This document shows positions 8,067-15,811 of a DNA stretch of 32,000 nucleotides, in pieces. Every line of letters begins with the position of its first letter. The stretch's first letter is position 1. The notes beneath the pieces were generated by a model. That model was not told the DNA's origin and did not search any database. It worked only from the letters and a program-made list of their open reading frames with translations. This stretch comes from Vulcanisaeta distributa DSM 14429 (GTDB lineage Archaea; Thermoproteota; Thermoprotei; Thermoproteales; Thermocladiaceae). A program made the translations under genes and the position numbers. The stretch spans positions 2,250,001 through 2,282,000 of the forward strand of contig NC_014537.1 in assembly GCF_000148385.1 (NCBI RefSeq). The letters are read 5' to 3'.

Positions 8067-8584
8067 TTGGATTCACCCTTCCTGGCAGCCCTCTTGGCAG
8101 GTGCCTTCTCAGCCGGCGGCGCGGCCTGCGGCTGCGGTAATTGTATTGGGTTAAGACCAGCCTTAACCCTAACATCGTTTATCTGCTTAACGAGATTCTC
8201 CAACTCCGCGGCTGCCTGCCCTGGGTCAATTATTACGGCTGAGGCTGCCGACGTGTTCTGCAGCCCAGCGGCCTTGCCAAGTCTCTCCTTGCTTGGCACA
8301 TAGACGTAAGGCACGCCCTTCTCCTCGCAGAGTATTGGTAGGTGGGCAACGATCTCAGGTGGGTCGACATCCTCCGCGATAAGGACTAACTTGGCCAAGC
8401 CTCTTTCCACAGCCTTCGTTACCTCATTAGTCCCCTTCTTTATCTTCCCCGTCTCCCTGGCAGCCGACAATACTTCGTAGGCCTTCTCGGCTATTTCCTG
8501 CGGCACTGCGAATCTGACGTAGAATGGTTTTCCCTGCGGTGGGTTTGCGTAAAATGTCTTTGGGTCTATACTTACTGTTGCCAT
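8063..8584 (-). CDS. rpl7ae: 50S ribosomal protein L7Ae (eL8 family, K-turn binding) with N- and C-terminal extensions
   Basis: Core [57 protein letters not shown]. 173 aa, versus about 120-130 typical. A/P/K-rich C-terminal tail. Confidence 0.93.
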   Translation of the reverse strand: MATVSIDPKTFYANPPQGKPFYVRFAVPQEIAEKAYEVLSAARETGKIKKGTNEVTKAVERGLAKLVLIAEDVDPPEIVAHLPILCEEKGVPYVYVPSKERLGKAAGLQNTSAASAVIIDPGQAAAELENLVKQINDVRVKAGLNPIQLPQPQAAPPAEKAPAKRAARKGESK

Positions 8585-8608
8585 ACTCGTCTAAACCGTG
8601 AAGTTGGC

Positions 8609-8616
8609 ATTTATAA
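8609..8616 (-). promoter_or_regulatory. TATA box of the rpl7ae-rps28e operon
   Basis: TTATAAAT on the minus strand, centred about 29 nt upstream of ATG 8584 (leaderless). Confidence 0.5.
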
Positions 8617-8645
8617 GTATTTTTCAATACGAAGTAATGAAGAGA

Positions 8646-9245
8646 TTACTTTGAGGCTATGTGCAGCGTGCTCCTCGTAGCCTTGAGACCAGGCTCGCCA
8701 TGCTGCACTATCTTTGAGGTTATTGCGAACTCGCCCAGGTAGTGGCCGATGTGCCATGGGCTAATCGTGACTGGTAGGTACGTGATGCCGTTGTAGACGG
8801 CGATTGTTAAACCAACCATCTCAGGTAGTATTATCATGTCCCTGGCGTGGGTCTTGAGGGTTACCTTCTTGCCCTCCGCCATGAGCTTCTTCGCCTTTCT
8901 AACCTTCTCGAGGAACTTCCTATGCTCTGGCTTTAAACCCCTCATTAACGACCTCCTCTGCCTAGCCGGTAACAGCTTAATGAACTCCTCCATGGACATT
9001 TTAGAGATCTCCTCAAATGTGAACCCCCTGTATCTAAATCCCTTCCACTCCTCCTGTGGTATTACCGCGGCGGTTAACCAACCCTTCCTACCAGCCTCAG
9101 CACCCTCCTCTTCCTCCTTAGCCGCGGCAGCTGCAGGCGCGGCTGCCGGCTTCTCCGCCGCCTTCTCTGCCGCTTTACCAGCAGCCTTAGCTCCAGCCTT
9201 CTCCTCAGCTTTACCCGGTGCCTTTGTCTCTGGCTTCTTCGACAT
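8646..9245 (-). CDS. rps19p: 30S ribosomal protein S19 (uS19) with an A/K/E-rich N-terminal extension
   Basis: The C-terminal ~140 aa carry [35 protein letters not shown]...[14 protein letters not shown]...YNG...GHYLGEF (uS19). The first ~55 aa are [35 protein letters not shown]. Confidence 0.9.
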   Translation of the reverse strand: MSKKPETKAPGKAEEKAGAKAAGKAAEKAAEKPAAAPAAAAAKEEEEGAEAGRKGWLTAAVIPQEEWKGFRYRGFTFEEISKMSMEEFIKLLPARQRRSLMRGLKPEHRKFLEKVRKAKKLMAEGKKVTLKTHARDMIILPEMVGLTIAVYNGITYLPVTISPWHIGHYLGEFAITSKIVQHGEPGLKATRSTLHIASK

Positions 9246-9267
9246 TCAAAACCGCAGTAACCACCTT

Positions 9268-9275
9268 ATTTATAA
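9268..9275 (-). promoter_or_regulatory. TATA box of rps19
   Basis: The same octamer, TTATAAAT, on the minus strand, centred about 26 nt upstream of ATG 9245. Confidence 0.5.
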
Positions 9276-9379
9276 CTTTTACTCGTTGCTGGTCAGGGCA
9301 TTGCACTATCGTTTTACTTATATGAAGCGGCGCCTAAATGAATTAATTTTAATAAGGTACTTAATAATCAATAATTAAT

Positions 9380-11383
9380 ATGGCGGAGAAGGTTAGGATT
9401 CTTTGGCAGCCTAATCAAGATGTAATTAGGAGTTCTAACATACTGAGGTTCGTTAATTGGCTTGATGAGGTTTTTGGTTTTGGGTTTGAGGTTTCGGTCG
9501 ATGATCCTCTGAGGAATGTGGGTAATTATGATAGACTTTGGAGGTGGAGTGTTGAGGATCTTGAGGGTTTTTGGGTGAGTGTTTGGCGTTACTTCGGTGT
9601 TGTGTCCCACTCGCCGTATACGAAGGTTCTTGAGCCAAGGACGATGCCGGGGGCTCGTTGGTTCATTGGTTCTAGGCTTAATTATGCGGAGCATGTGTTT
9701 AAGGCTGCCCGTTGGGGTGAGGAGGCTGTTGTGTATGTTAGGGAGGATGGGCTTAGGAGGAGCCTTACGTGGGATCAGTTGTATAGGGAGGTTGCGGCAT
9801 TGGCTGATTGGCTTAGGAGTGTCGGCGTTAATAGGGGTGATAGGGTTGCCGCATACGTTAGCCAGGTCCCGGAGGCTGTGGTTGCCCTATTGGCTACGGC
9901 GAGTATTGGGGCTATTTGGGTTGGTGTTGGTGCTGAATTGGCTCCGAGGGCTGCGATTGATAGATTCAACATGCTTCAACCCAAGGTGTTAATCGCGGTG
10001 GATGGCTATCCATACAGGGGTAAGGTCTTTGATAAGTACGGCGACATTAAGCAGATAGTCGACTCGGTGAAGAGTATTGAGAGGGTTGTGGTGGTACCAA
10101 ACATGAGGGATTCAGTGGAACTTAGCCTCGGTAAACCAGTCCATGACTGGAGGGAGGTCACAGGCAGGAGGGGCGTTGGGCTTTTCTTTGAACCCATGGA
10201 ATTCAACGAACCACTGTGGGTCCTATTCACGTCTGGGACCACGGGTATACCGAAGCCCGTGGTCCACAGCCACGGTGGTGTGCTCCTCGAGGCCTATAAG
10301 GTCGGTCTTCACATGGATTATAAACCAAGTGATAAGTTCACTTGGTACACGACACCGTCATGGATGATGTGGAACTTCACAGTCGATGCCCTACTCTTTG
10401 GCACAACAATACTATTCTATGATGGTGATCCAACAGCTAGGAATTTCGAACCCTACTGGGAGATCACGGAGAAGGAGGGCCTCACAATACTTGGCCTCAG
10501 CGCGCCCTATATTCATGCTGCCATGAAGTCCACGATAGAGCCCGGTAGGCAATTTAACCTAAAGACACTTAGGGAGATTGGCTCAACAGCGGCGCCGCTG
10601 TCGCCCCAGGGCTTTGAGTGGGTTTATGAGAAGGTTAAGGAGGACGTGTGGCTGGCGCCAATTAGTGGCGGTACGGACGTGGTCTCGGCATTCGTCGGAG
10701 GCTGCCCAATACTGCCTGTGTGGGAGGGTGAGATGCAGTGTAGGTGGTTGGGCGCGGCGGTTAATGTCTATAATGAGGAGGGTAAGCCCGTGGTTAATGA
10801 GGTGGGTGAGTTAGTAATTGAGAAGCCCATGCCCTCAATGCCCATTTACTTCTGGAATGACCCAGACTACAACTGGTACAGGGAGTCCTACTTCAGCATG
10901 TTCCCCGGCGTGTGGAGGCATGGTGATTGGGCGTTAATAACCGATAGGGGCACGGTAATAATAAGCGGGCGTTCAGACTCGACGATAAAGAGGAAGGGGA
11001 TTAGGATAGGCACCCTGGACATATACAAGGTCGTTGAGTCCCTGCCTGAGGTCGTGGGTAGCCTGGCCGTTGAGGTTAAGAATAAGTTAATACTATTCGT
11101 AGCCCTGAGACCCGGCCTGCAATTGACTGAGGAGTTGAAGAAGAAGATAAACGATGCACTAAGGAGTCAGCTGGGGCCTTATTACATTGCTGATTATATA
11201 ATACAGGTCCCAGACATACCAATGACTAGAAACTACAAGAAGCTTGAGGTCCCCATTAAGAAGGTTCTAATGGGCTGGCCGATCGATAAGGCCGTGAACA
11301 TAAACGCCGTGCTAAACCCAGAGGCTTTTTACGCGGTTATTGAGGCATTGAAGCCGTACATGGATGAGATAATGAAGGAGTGA
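9380..11383 (+). CDS. AMP-forming acyl-CoA synthetase, acetoacetyl-CoA/acetyl-CoA synthetase-like
   Basis: 667 aa. AMP-binding motif FTSGTTGIPKPVVHSHGG. The length and the N-terminal LW.P...F..W pattern fit acetoacetate-CoA ligase-type enzymes. Confidence 0.85.
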   Translation: MAEKVRILWQPNQDVIRSSNILRFVNWLDEVFGFGFEVSVDDPLRNVGNYDRLWRWSVEDLEGFWVSVWRYFGVVSHSPYTKVLEPRTMPGARWFIGSRLNYAEHVFKAARWGEEAVVYVREDGLRRSLTWDQLYREVAALADWLRSVGVNRGDRVAAYVSQVPEAVVALLATASIGAIWVGVGAELAPRAAIDRFNMLQPKVLIAVDGYPYRGKVFDKYGDIKQIVDSVKSIERVVVVPNMRDSVELSLGKPVHDWREVTGRRGVGLFFEPMEFNEPLWVLFTSGTTGIPKPVVHSHGGVLLEAYKVGLHMDYKPSDKFTWYTTPSWMMWNFTVDALLFGTTILFYDGDPTARNFEPYWEITEKEGLTILGLSAPYIHAAMKSTIEPGRQFNLKTLREIGSTAAPLSPQGFEWVYEKVKEDVWLAPISGGTDVVSAFVGGCPILPVWEGEMQCRWLGAAVNVYNEEGKPVVNEVGELVIEKPMPSMPIYFWNDPDYNWYRESYFSMFPGVWRHGDWALITDRGTVIISGRSDSTIKRKGIRIGTLDIYKVVESLPEVVGSLAVEVKNKLILFVALRPGLQLTEELKKKINDALRSQLGPYYIADYIIQVPDIPMTRNYKKLEVPIKKVLMGWPIDKAVNINAVLNPEAFYAVIEALKPYMDEIMKE

Positions 11384-11444
11384 TGTTCCTTAAACCTTAG
11401 TTATTTATTTCATAAAAATAATAATGAAAATAACGGAGTAGTTA

Positions 11445-11942
11445 ATGGACCCAGGACTCCGGAGGATATATGCAAAGTGCATTGTCGAGGTCGAGCGTGG
11501 AACACTACCAGACTTAGTCAATGATAGGTATGATTACTTAATGATAGACCTGGCGAGTATAACCTACGGCCTCAGGGACCCAAGGACATTCCTAGTGAAC
11601 GTTAGGCTTGCCCTTGACTACGACTACCTAAGGCCAAACGTAGTATTTGTGATCGATTACTCAAGGCCTGAGCACAAGGCCGTCGCCGAAACTAGGATTA
11701 AGTGGCTTAGGGAGTTAGGCCTCGATTACATACTCGCGGATGACGAGCCAGCCGAGGTTAGGGCAGCCAAGGAATGTCTGAGGAGGGGTAAGTGCATAGT
11801 CCTGAGTAGGGACTATGACCCACTCACCGTAATGAGTGAGATGATACAGCCAATAAAAATAACCGAGAGGGCATGGATAAATAGAAAGATAATAATAAAT
11901 AAGGAATGCCTAAATAATTATTTAAAGAAGAAACATAATTAA
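11445..11942 (+). CDS. hypothetical protein, PIN-like / Mut7-C-like nuclease fold suspected
   Basis: 165 aa. LMIDLAS (N-terminal Asp), KWLRELGLDYILADDEPAEVRAAKE and IVLSRDYDPL resemble the acidic motifs of PIN-like 5' nucleases and Mut7-C domains. Judged by eye only. Confidence 0.45.
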   Translation: MDPGLRRIYAKCIVEVERGTLPDLVNDRYDYLMIDLASITYGLRDPRTFLVNVRLALDYDYLRPNVVFVIDYSRPEHKAVAETRIKWLRELGLDYILADDEPAEVRAAKECLRRGKCIVLSRDYDPLTVMSEMIQPIKITERAWINRKIIINKECLNNYLKKKHN

Positions 11943-12009
11943 TGAGATTATGCAAAATATTTCATATACTTATTTTAATAAATATCTGTACTTAATTCTC
12001 ATTAATTAT

Positions 12010-12025
12010 GTTTCCTATAGGAAAC
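12010..12025. promoter_or_regulatory. perfect 16-bp palindrome (putative operator) upstream of the AAA ATPase gene
   Basis: GTTTCCTATAGGAAAC. The half-site GTTTCCTAT recurs at 12043-12051. The TATA-like ATTTATAA at 12028-12035 lies between the two sites. Confidence 0.5.
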
Positions 12026-12070
12026 AGATTTATAATTAAGTTGTTTCCTATTTAATACTGAATCCACGGC

Positions 12071-13339
12071 ATGAGTATTGAGGGTGTGCTTAGGGAGGTT
12101 ATTGAGGAGTGGTTTGTTTTTAATCTGCCTAGGGTTATACCTAGGGATATTTCGTACTTATTACCTGAGGGTTCAGCCCTTGCGTTGGTCGGTCCTCGTA
12201 GAGCCGGTAAGACATATTTCATGTATTGGATCGCCCAAGACTTAATGAGTAAGGGTTGGCCTAGGTCAAGCATTATTTACATTAATTTCGAGGATGTTAG
12301 ATTAAGCGTTCTTAAGCCAACGGATTTCAGCATGTTTCTTAAGGTCATTAATGAGGAGGCGCGGGAGTACAATGGCAAGATATTGCTAATGCTTGATGAG
12401 GTTCAAAACCTACCGGAGTGGGGTCGCTGGGTGAGGACCCTGCTTGATAAGGGCAGGTACTTCGTGATACTCAGTGGTTCATCATCAAGGGTAAGGGCTA
12501 GTGATGTGGCTACGGAGTTGAGGGGTCGCTATATCGATAGGTTAGTGTTGCCATTTTCCTTCAGGGAGTTCCTAAGGGTCAGGGGTTTCGAGCAGGGATT
12601 TCTTGAGGTACCCGAGAGGCACGGTAAATTACTTAATCACTTGAGGGATTACGTACTTAATGGCTCCCTACCCGAGGTAGTGCTAAGGCCGGAAATGGCC
12701 AGTGACTTGGTTAGGACGTATAGGCAGACAATTATTTATAGGGACATAATCGAGAGGTACAGGATTAGGGATGCGGCGTTCTTTGAGACCTTCCTGGAGA
12801 TTGTTGAGAATAGTTTTGGAGGTTACGTCTCGGTGACGAAACTAAGCAATTACTTTAAGAGCTTAGGTATTAGCAAGAGCAAGAAGACACTGAGTAATTA
12901 CCTTAAGTACCTGGAGGAGTCGTACTACGTGGTACTCATTCGAAGGTTTGGGTTTTCAAGTAGGGAGGTCATTCAGCAGCCGAGGAAGGTGTACCCAATA
13001 GATACGGCATACTTCAGGAGGAAGTCCATTGAGCCAATGATGGAGAGCGTGGTTGCCGTGGAACTAATGAGGAGGGGACTTTCTTACAATTACCTGAGGA
13101 TAAATGATTACGAGGTTGATTTCGTAATAAATCAGGAGCCCAGGGAATACATCCAAGTCACCTACGCCTCGGCAATGGATGAAATCGATAGGAGGGAATT
13201 CAAAGCCTTAATCAGGGCCAATGAGGTGCTTGGGCGTGGGGTAGCTAGGGTAATTAGTTGGGACTTGGAGGATGAGATCGAGATCGAGGGAATCAAGGTC
13301 AAGGTAACGCCGCTCTGGAGGTGGTTACTCATGGGCTAA
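12071..13339 (+). CDS. AAA+ ATPase of the COG1373 type (AAA_14 N-terminal domain plus DUF4143-like C-terminal half)
   Basis: 422 aa. Walker A GPRRAGKT, Walker B LLMLDEVQ. The length and overall pattern match the widespread archaeal/bacterial predicted ATPase family. Confidence 0.8.
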   Translation: MSIEGVLREVIEEWFVFNLPRVIPRDISYLLPEGSALALVGPRRAGKTYFMYWIAQDLMSKGWPRSSIIYINFEDVRLSVLKPTDFSMFLKVINEEAREYNGKILLMLDEVQNLPEWGRWVRTLLDKGRYFVILSGSSSRVRASDVATELRGRYIDRLVLPFSFREFLRVRGFEQGFLEVPERHGKLLNHLRDYVLNGSLPEVVLRPEMASDLVRTYRQTIIYRDIIERYRIRDAAFFETFLEIVENSFGGYVSVTKLSNYFKSLGISKSKKTLSNYLKYLEESYYVVLIRRFGFSSREVIQQPRKVYPIDTAYFRRKSIEPMMESVVAVELMRRGLSYNYLRINDYEVDFVINQEPREYIQVTYASAMDEIDRREFKALIRANEVLGRGVARVISWDLEDEIEIEGIKVKVTPLWRWLLMG

Positions 13340-13374
13340 TGCTTAAAGCCCATGGCCGTAACGTTAAGTGGGCA

Positions 13375-13857
13375 ATGCAGGAATTAAGGTGTGGGGAAAG
13401 TAATGATGAGTTGTTGAGGGTGATGAAGGTCATTGAGGAGTTAAGCCCCTACTGGGAATTGATAGGGATTAAGGTTGAGGATGTGGGTAGGGACTGCGCC
13501 ATAGGCTTCGTGGAGGTGGGCAGGAAGCACCTACAGGTGCTAGGCACGGTACATGGCGGAGTCCACGCGGCGCTGGTCGACGCAATGGCCTGGGTAGCCA
13601 TAATAAGCCACTACTACCCAAGGTACGTAATCGCAGTAACCACAGACCTAACAGTGAAGTACCTAAAGCCAATAACCGAGGGAGTGCTCAGGGCAGTGGC
13701 AAGGATAACACACATCAAGGAACCAATGGCACTAATAACCGCAGAACTAAGGAACAAAAACAACGAATTAATAGGAACATCAACAATGACCTACTGGATA
13801 ACGCCCACAAGCAAGGCACTAAATGAAGTAATAAACGAATTAAGGAATATGGCATGA
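13375..13857 (+). CDS. hotdog-fold thioesterase, PaaI family
   Basis: GTVHGGVHAALVDAMAWVA is the PaaI-type motif. Start is uncertain: ATG 13339 overlaps the upstream stop (TAATG), while ATG 13375 lies about 30 nt after the TATA-like CTTAAAG. Confidence 0.75.
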   Translation: MQELRCGESNDELLRVMKVIEELSPYWELIGIKVEDVGRDCAIGFVEVGRKHLQVLGTVHGGVHAALVDAMAWVAIISHYYPRYVIAVTTDLTVKYLKPITEGVLRAVARITHIKEPMALITAELRNKNNELIGTSTMTYWITPTSKALNEVINELRNMA

Positions 13858-13880
13858 TAAGTTGGAAGAGTTTAGAAGCG

Positions 13881-13934
13881 TATTCCTTAAATCGTTCCGT
13901 GGCAAAATTTTGCCATGGCTCGAATTATTGGAAA
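13881..13934 (+). repeat. left copy of a perfect 54-bp inverted repeat (contains the 16-bp palindrome TGGCAAAATTTTGCCA at 13900-13915)
   Basis: Checked base by base: this is the exact reverse complement of 16769-16822. Confidence 0.95.
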
Positions 13935-13958
13935 TTATTCGTGGTTCGTGGGTGGTTT

Positions 13959-13969
13959 GTTTTTAATTT
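13959..13969 (+). promoter_or_regulatory. TATA box of the P-loop ATPase gene
   Basis: GTTTTTAATTT centred 28 nt upstream of ATG 13992, preceded by the 13-mer TTCGTGGTTCGTG (13938-13950). Confidence 0.5.
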
Positions 13970-13991
13970 TTGTGTTGGTGGTTTTCTCTTG

Positions 13992-15167
13992 ATGGTTGGT
14001 TTGAGTGTTGATTCGTTGGTTGGGTGGATTGGTGGTCGTGAGGTTGTGTTGGGTGGTTTTCGTACTAGGTTTAGGGATAGGGGGTTTGAGGTTGGGGCTT
14101 TGCTTGGTGATTTGTTTAGGTTTGAGCATGTTGGTGTGGTTTATGGGCCCCTGGGTGCTGGTAAGTCTACGTTTCTTAGGTTGTTTGTTGGTGGTGTTGA
14201 GGAGCTTGGTGGTGTTGCTGGTGTTTATATTAATTATGATGGTGGTATTGTTGACGTGCTTTACCGTGGGGTTGATGCCTTCGGTGTTAGGGATTCTGTG
14301 GTTAATGCTGTGCTTAATGTGGTGGCTTCCCCGTCTGGGACGTCCGTCGGTGTTTCGGTGGCTTTGGGCGTGATTGTTTCGTTGATGAGGAGACTCTTTG
14401 AGTTAGTTAGGGGTTGGGGTGTTGACCGTGTTGTCATTGTTCATGATGACCTGGATAGGTGGTTGGCTTCGAGGGGCCTGGGGAATGCCATTGAGGGTCT
14501 TGTGGGTCTGCTCTCGAATTTGTACGAGGGTGGTCCTGCGGGTGTTGAGAGGCCCTGGGGTGATAAGTACAGCGTCACCTACGTGGCGTTGAGTGATTAT
14601 ACTGCGGTGGAGGTGGTCAATAGGTATAGGGGTAAGGGCGGACTACGCGCAATGCTCATGTGGAACCTGCCCAAGGAACCATTCATGGACTTAATCCTTG
14701 AGTTGGCGGGGAGGCGGGACATCGATATTGAGTTGCTGTGGCAGTTACTCGGTGGTAACCCAAGGGCCCTATCACAGTTAGCCACCGCCTATGGCTGGGA
14801 CGTGGATGCCTGGCTTAGGGATGCCATTAACGAGGTTGTTGGGGTACTGAATGAGGAGAAGGAGAGGCTGGGCCTCGGTAGTGTTGGTGAGGTCTTGGAC
14901 ATCGTGATCAGGCGCGTTGGGCAGGACGTGGGTCCGGACAACCTAGTACTGGGCACGCCGCTTCACGTGGGGCCATTGTTGAGGAATAACATATTGATTG
15001 GCATGAGCTCGACGGCAATATCGCAACTACCGAGCGAGCCCTGGGTAGGGAGGCACTATGCGTATCAATTACCGACGTATTACTGGGTGGTCAGGGCGAT
15101 GGCAATTAGGGGTAAAGTGGACGTAAAACCAGGCGATGTTGTGAGTGTGATAAGGCAATCAATTTAA
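13992..15167 (+). CDS. P-loop NTPase of the archaeal ATPase (Arch_ATPase/STAND-like) type
   Basis: Walker A GPLGAGKST, Walker B VVIVHDDLD. The track ORF begins at 13854, but those 46 codons cover the repeat and the promoter, so ATG 13992 fits a leaderless start. Confidence 0.7.
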   Translation: MVGLSVDSLVGWIGGREVVLGGFRTRFRDRGFEVGALLGDLFRFEHVGVVYGPLGAGKSTFLRLFVGGVEELGGVAGVYINYDGGIVDVLYRGVDAFGVRDSVVNAVLNVVASPSGTSVGVSVALGVIVSLMRRLFELVRGWGVDRVVIVHDDLDRWLASRGLGNAIEGLVGLLSNLYEGGPAGVERPWGDKYSVTYVALSDYTAVEVVNRYRGKGGLRAMLMWNLPKEPFMDLILELAGRRDIDIELLWQLLGGNPRALSQLATAYGWDVDAWLRDAINEVVGVLNEEKERLGLGSVGEVLDIVIRRVGQDVGPDNLVLGTPLHVGPLLRNNILIGMSSTAISQLPSEPWVGRHYAYQLPTYYWVVRAMAIRGKVDVKPGDVVSVIRQSI

Positions 15168-15225
15168 TGATAAGACGTCCTCGGCAGGGAATGGCTCCCC
15201 TCAAGCAATCTTGGGATTTCGCCGT

Positions 15226-15243
15226 CGCCTAATTAATTAGGCG
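15226..15243. promoter_or_regulatory. perfect 18-bp palindrome upstream of the NTase-like operon
   Basis: CGCCTAATTAATTAGGCG, 20 nt upstream of the TATA-like element at 15263-15273. Confidence 0.45.
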
Positions 15244-15262
15244 TTAATTCATGGTTTTAGTG

Positions 15263-15273
15263 CTATTTTTAAG
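15263..15273 (+). promoter_or_regulatory. TATA-like box of the NTase-like operon
   Basis: CTATTTTTAAG centred 28 nt upstream of GTG 15296. Confidence 0.4.
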
Positions 15274-15295
15274 TTGTCTTATCCCTTATTTGTTT

Positions 15296-15811
15296 GTGGA
15301 GGTTCCTCGGGAGGTTTTGTTGGTGGTTTCGGTGCTTAGGAAGCTTGGCTTTAGGGTTTTTCTTATTGGTGCCAGGGCCCTGGCTTTTTATGGTATTGTT
15401 AGGGAGACGGGTGATTGGGATTTAACCATTGATAGGCCGTTCAGCGTTGAGGTTAGGGATGCGGTAACTAGGGAGTTGAGGGGTTTGGGTTTCTCCGTGC
15501 AGTGGCGTAGGTGGGGCTTCTACGTTGATGCCGGCGCCGTTCATGCTTACATTAACTGCATGCCCCTAACCCTGGATGAGGAATTCATCAGTAGGTCTAG
15601 GGCTTTGGGGGATGTCCTTATTCCATCGATTGAGGATTTAATAATCCTTAAGTTGATGAGTGGTGAGGATAAGGACGTGGAGGACGTTAAGAGACTGCTC
15701 AAGCTACCCAACCTTGACCTACCCTACCTGCTCCGGCGCTCACGCGATGCGGGTGTTGATAAGGATTTATTAAGGATTGCCAGGAAGATTGGCTTGAGGA
15801 TTGATGGTTAG
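15296..15811 (+). CDS. nucleotidyltransferase-fold protein (minimal NTase / AbiEii-DUF6036-like)
   Basis: FLIGARALAFYGIVRETGDWDLTI resembles hG[GS]x9-13DxD. IEDLIILKLMSGEDKDVEDVKRLL is typical of this family. The track start ATG 15251 adds an implausible hydrophobic leader, so GTG 15296 is preferred. Confidence 0.6.
   Translation: MEVPREVLLVVSVLRKLGFRVFLIGARALAFYGIVRETGDWDLTIDRPFSVEVRDAVTRELRGLGFSVQWRRWGFYVDAGAVHAYINCMPLTLDEEFISRSRALGDVLIPSIEDLIILKLMSGEDKDVEDVKRLLKLPNLDLPYLLRRSRDAGVDKDLLRIARKIGLRIDG

Noticed and set aside
8836-9378. 180-aa Ala/Ser-rich ORF on the plus strand
   Set aside because: It is antisense to rps19, whose uS19 core is unmistakable. The GC-rich Ala codons of the tail keep the opposite frame open.
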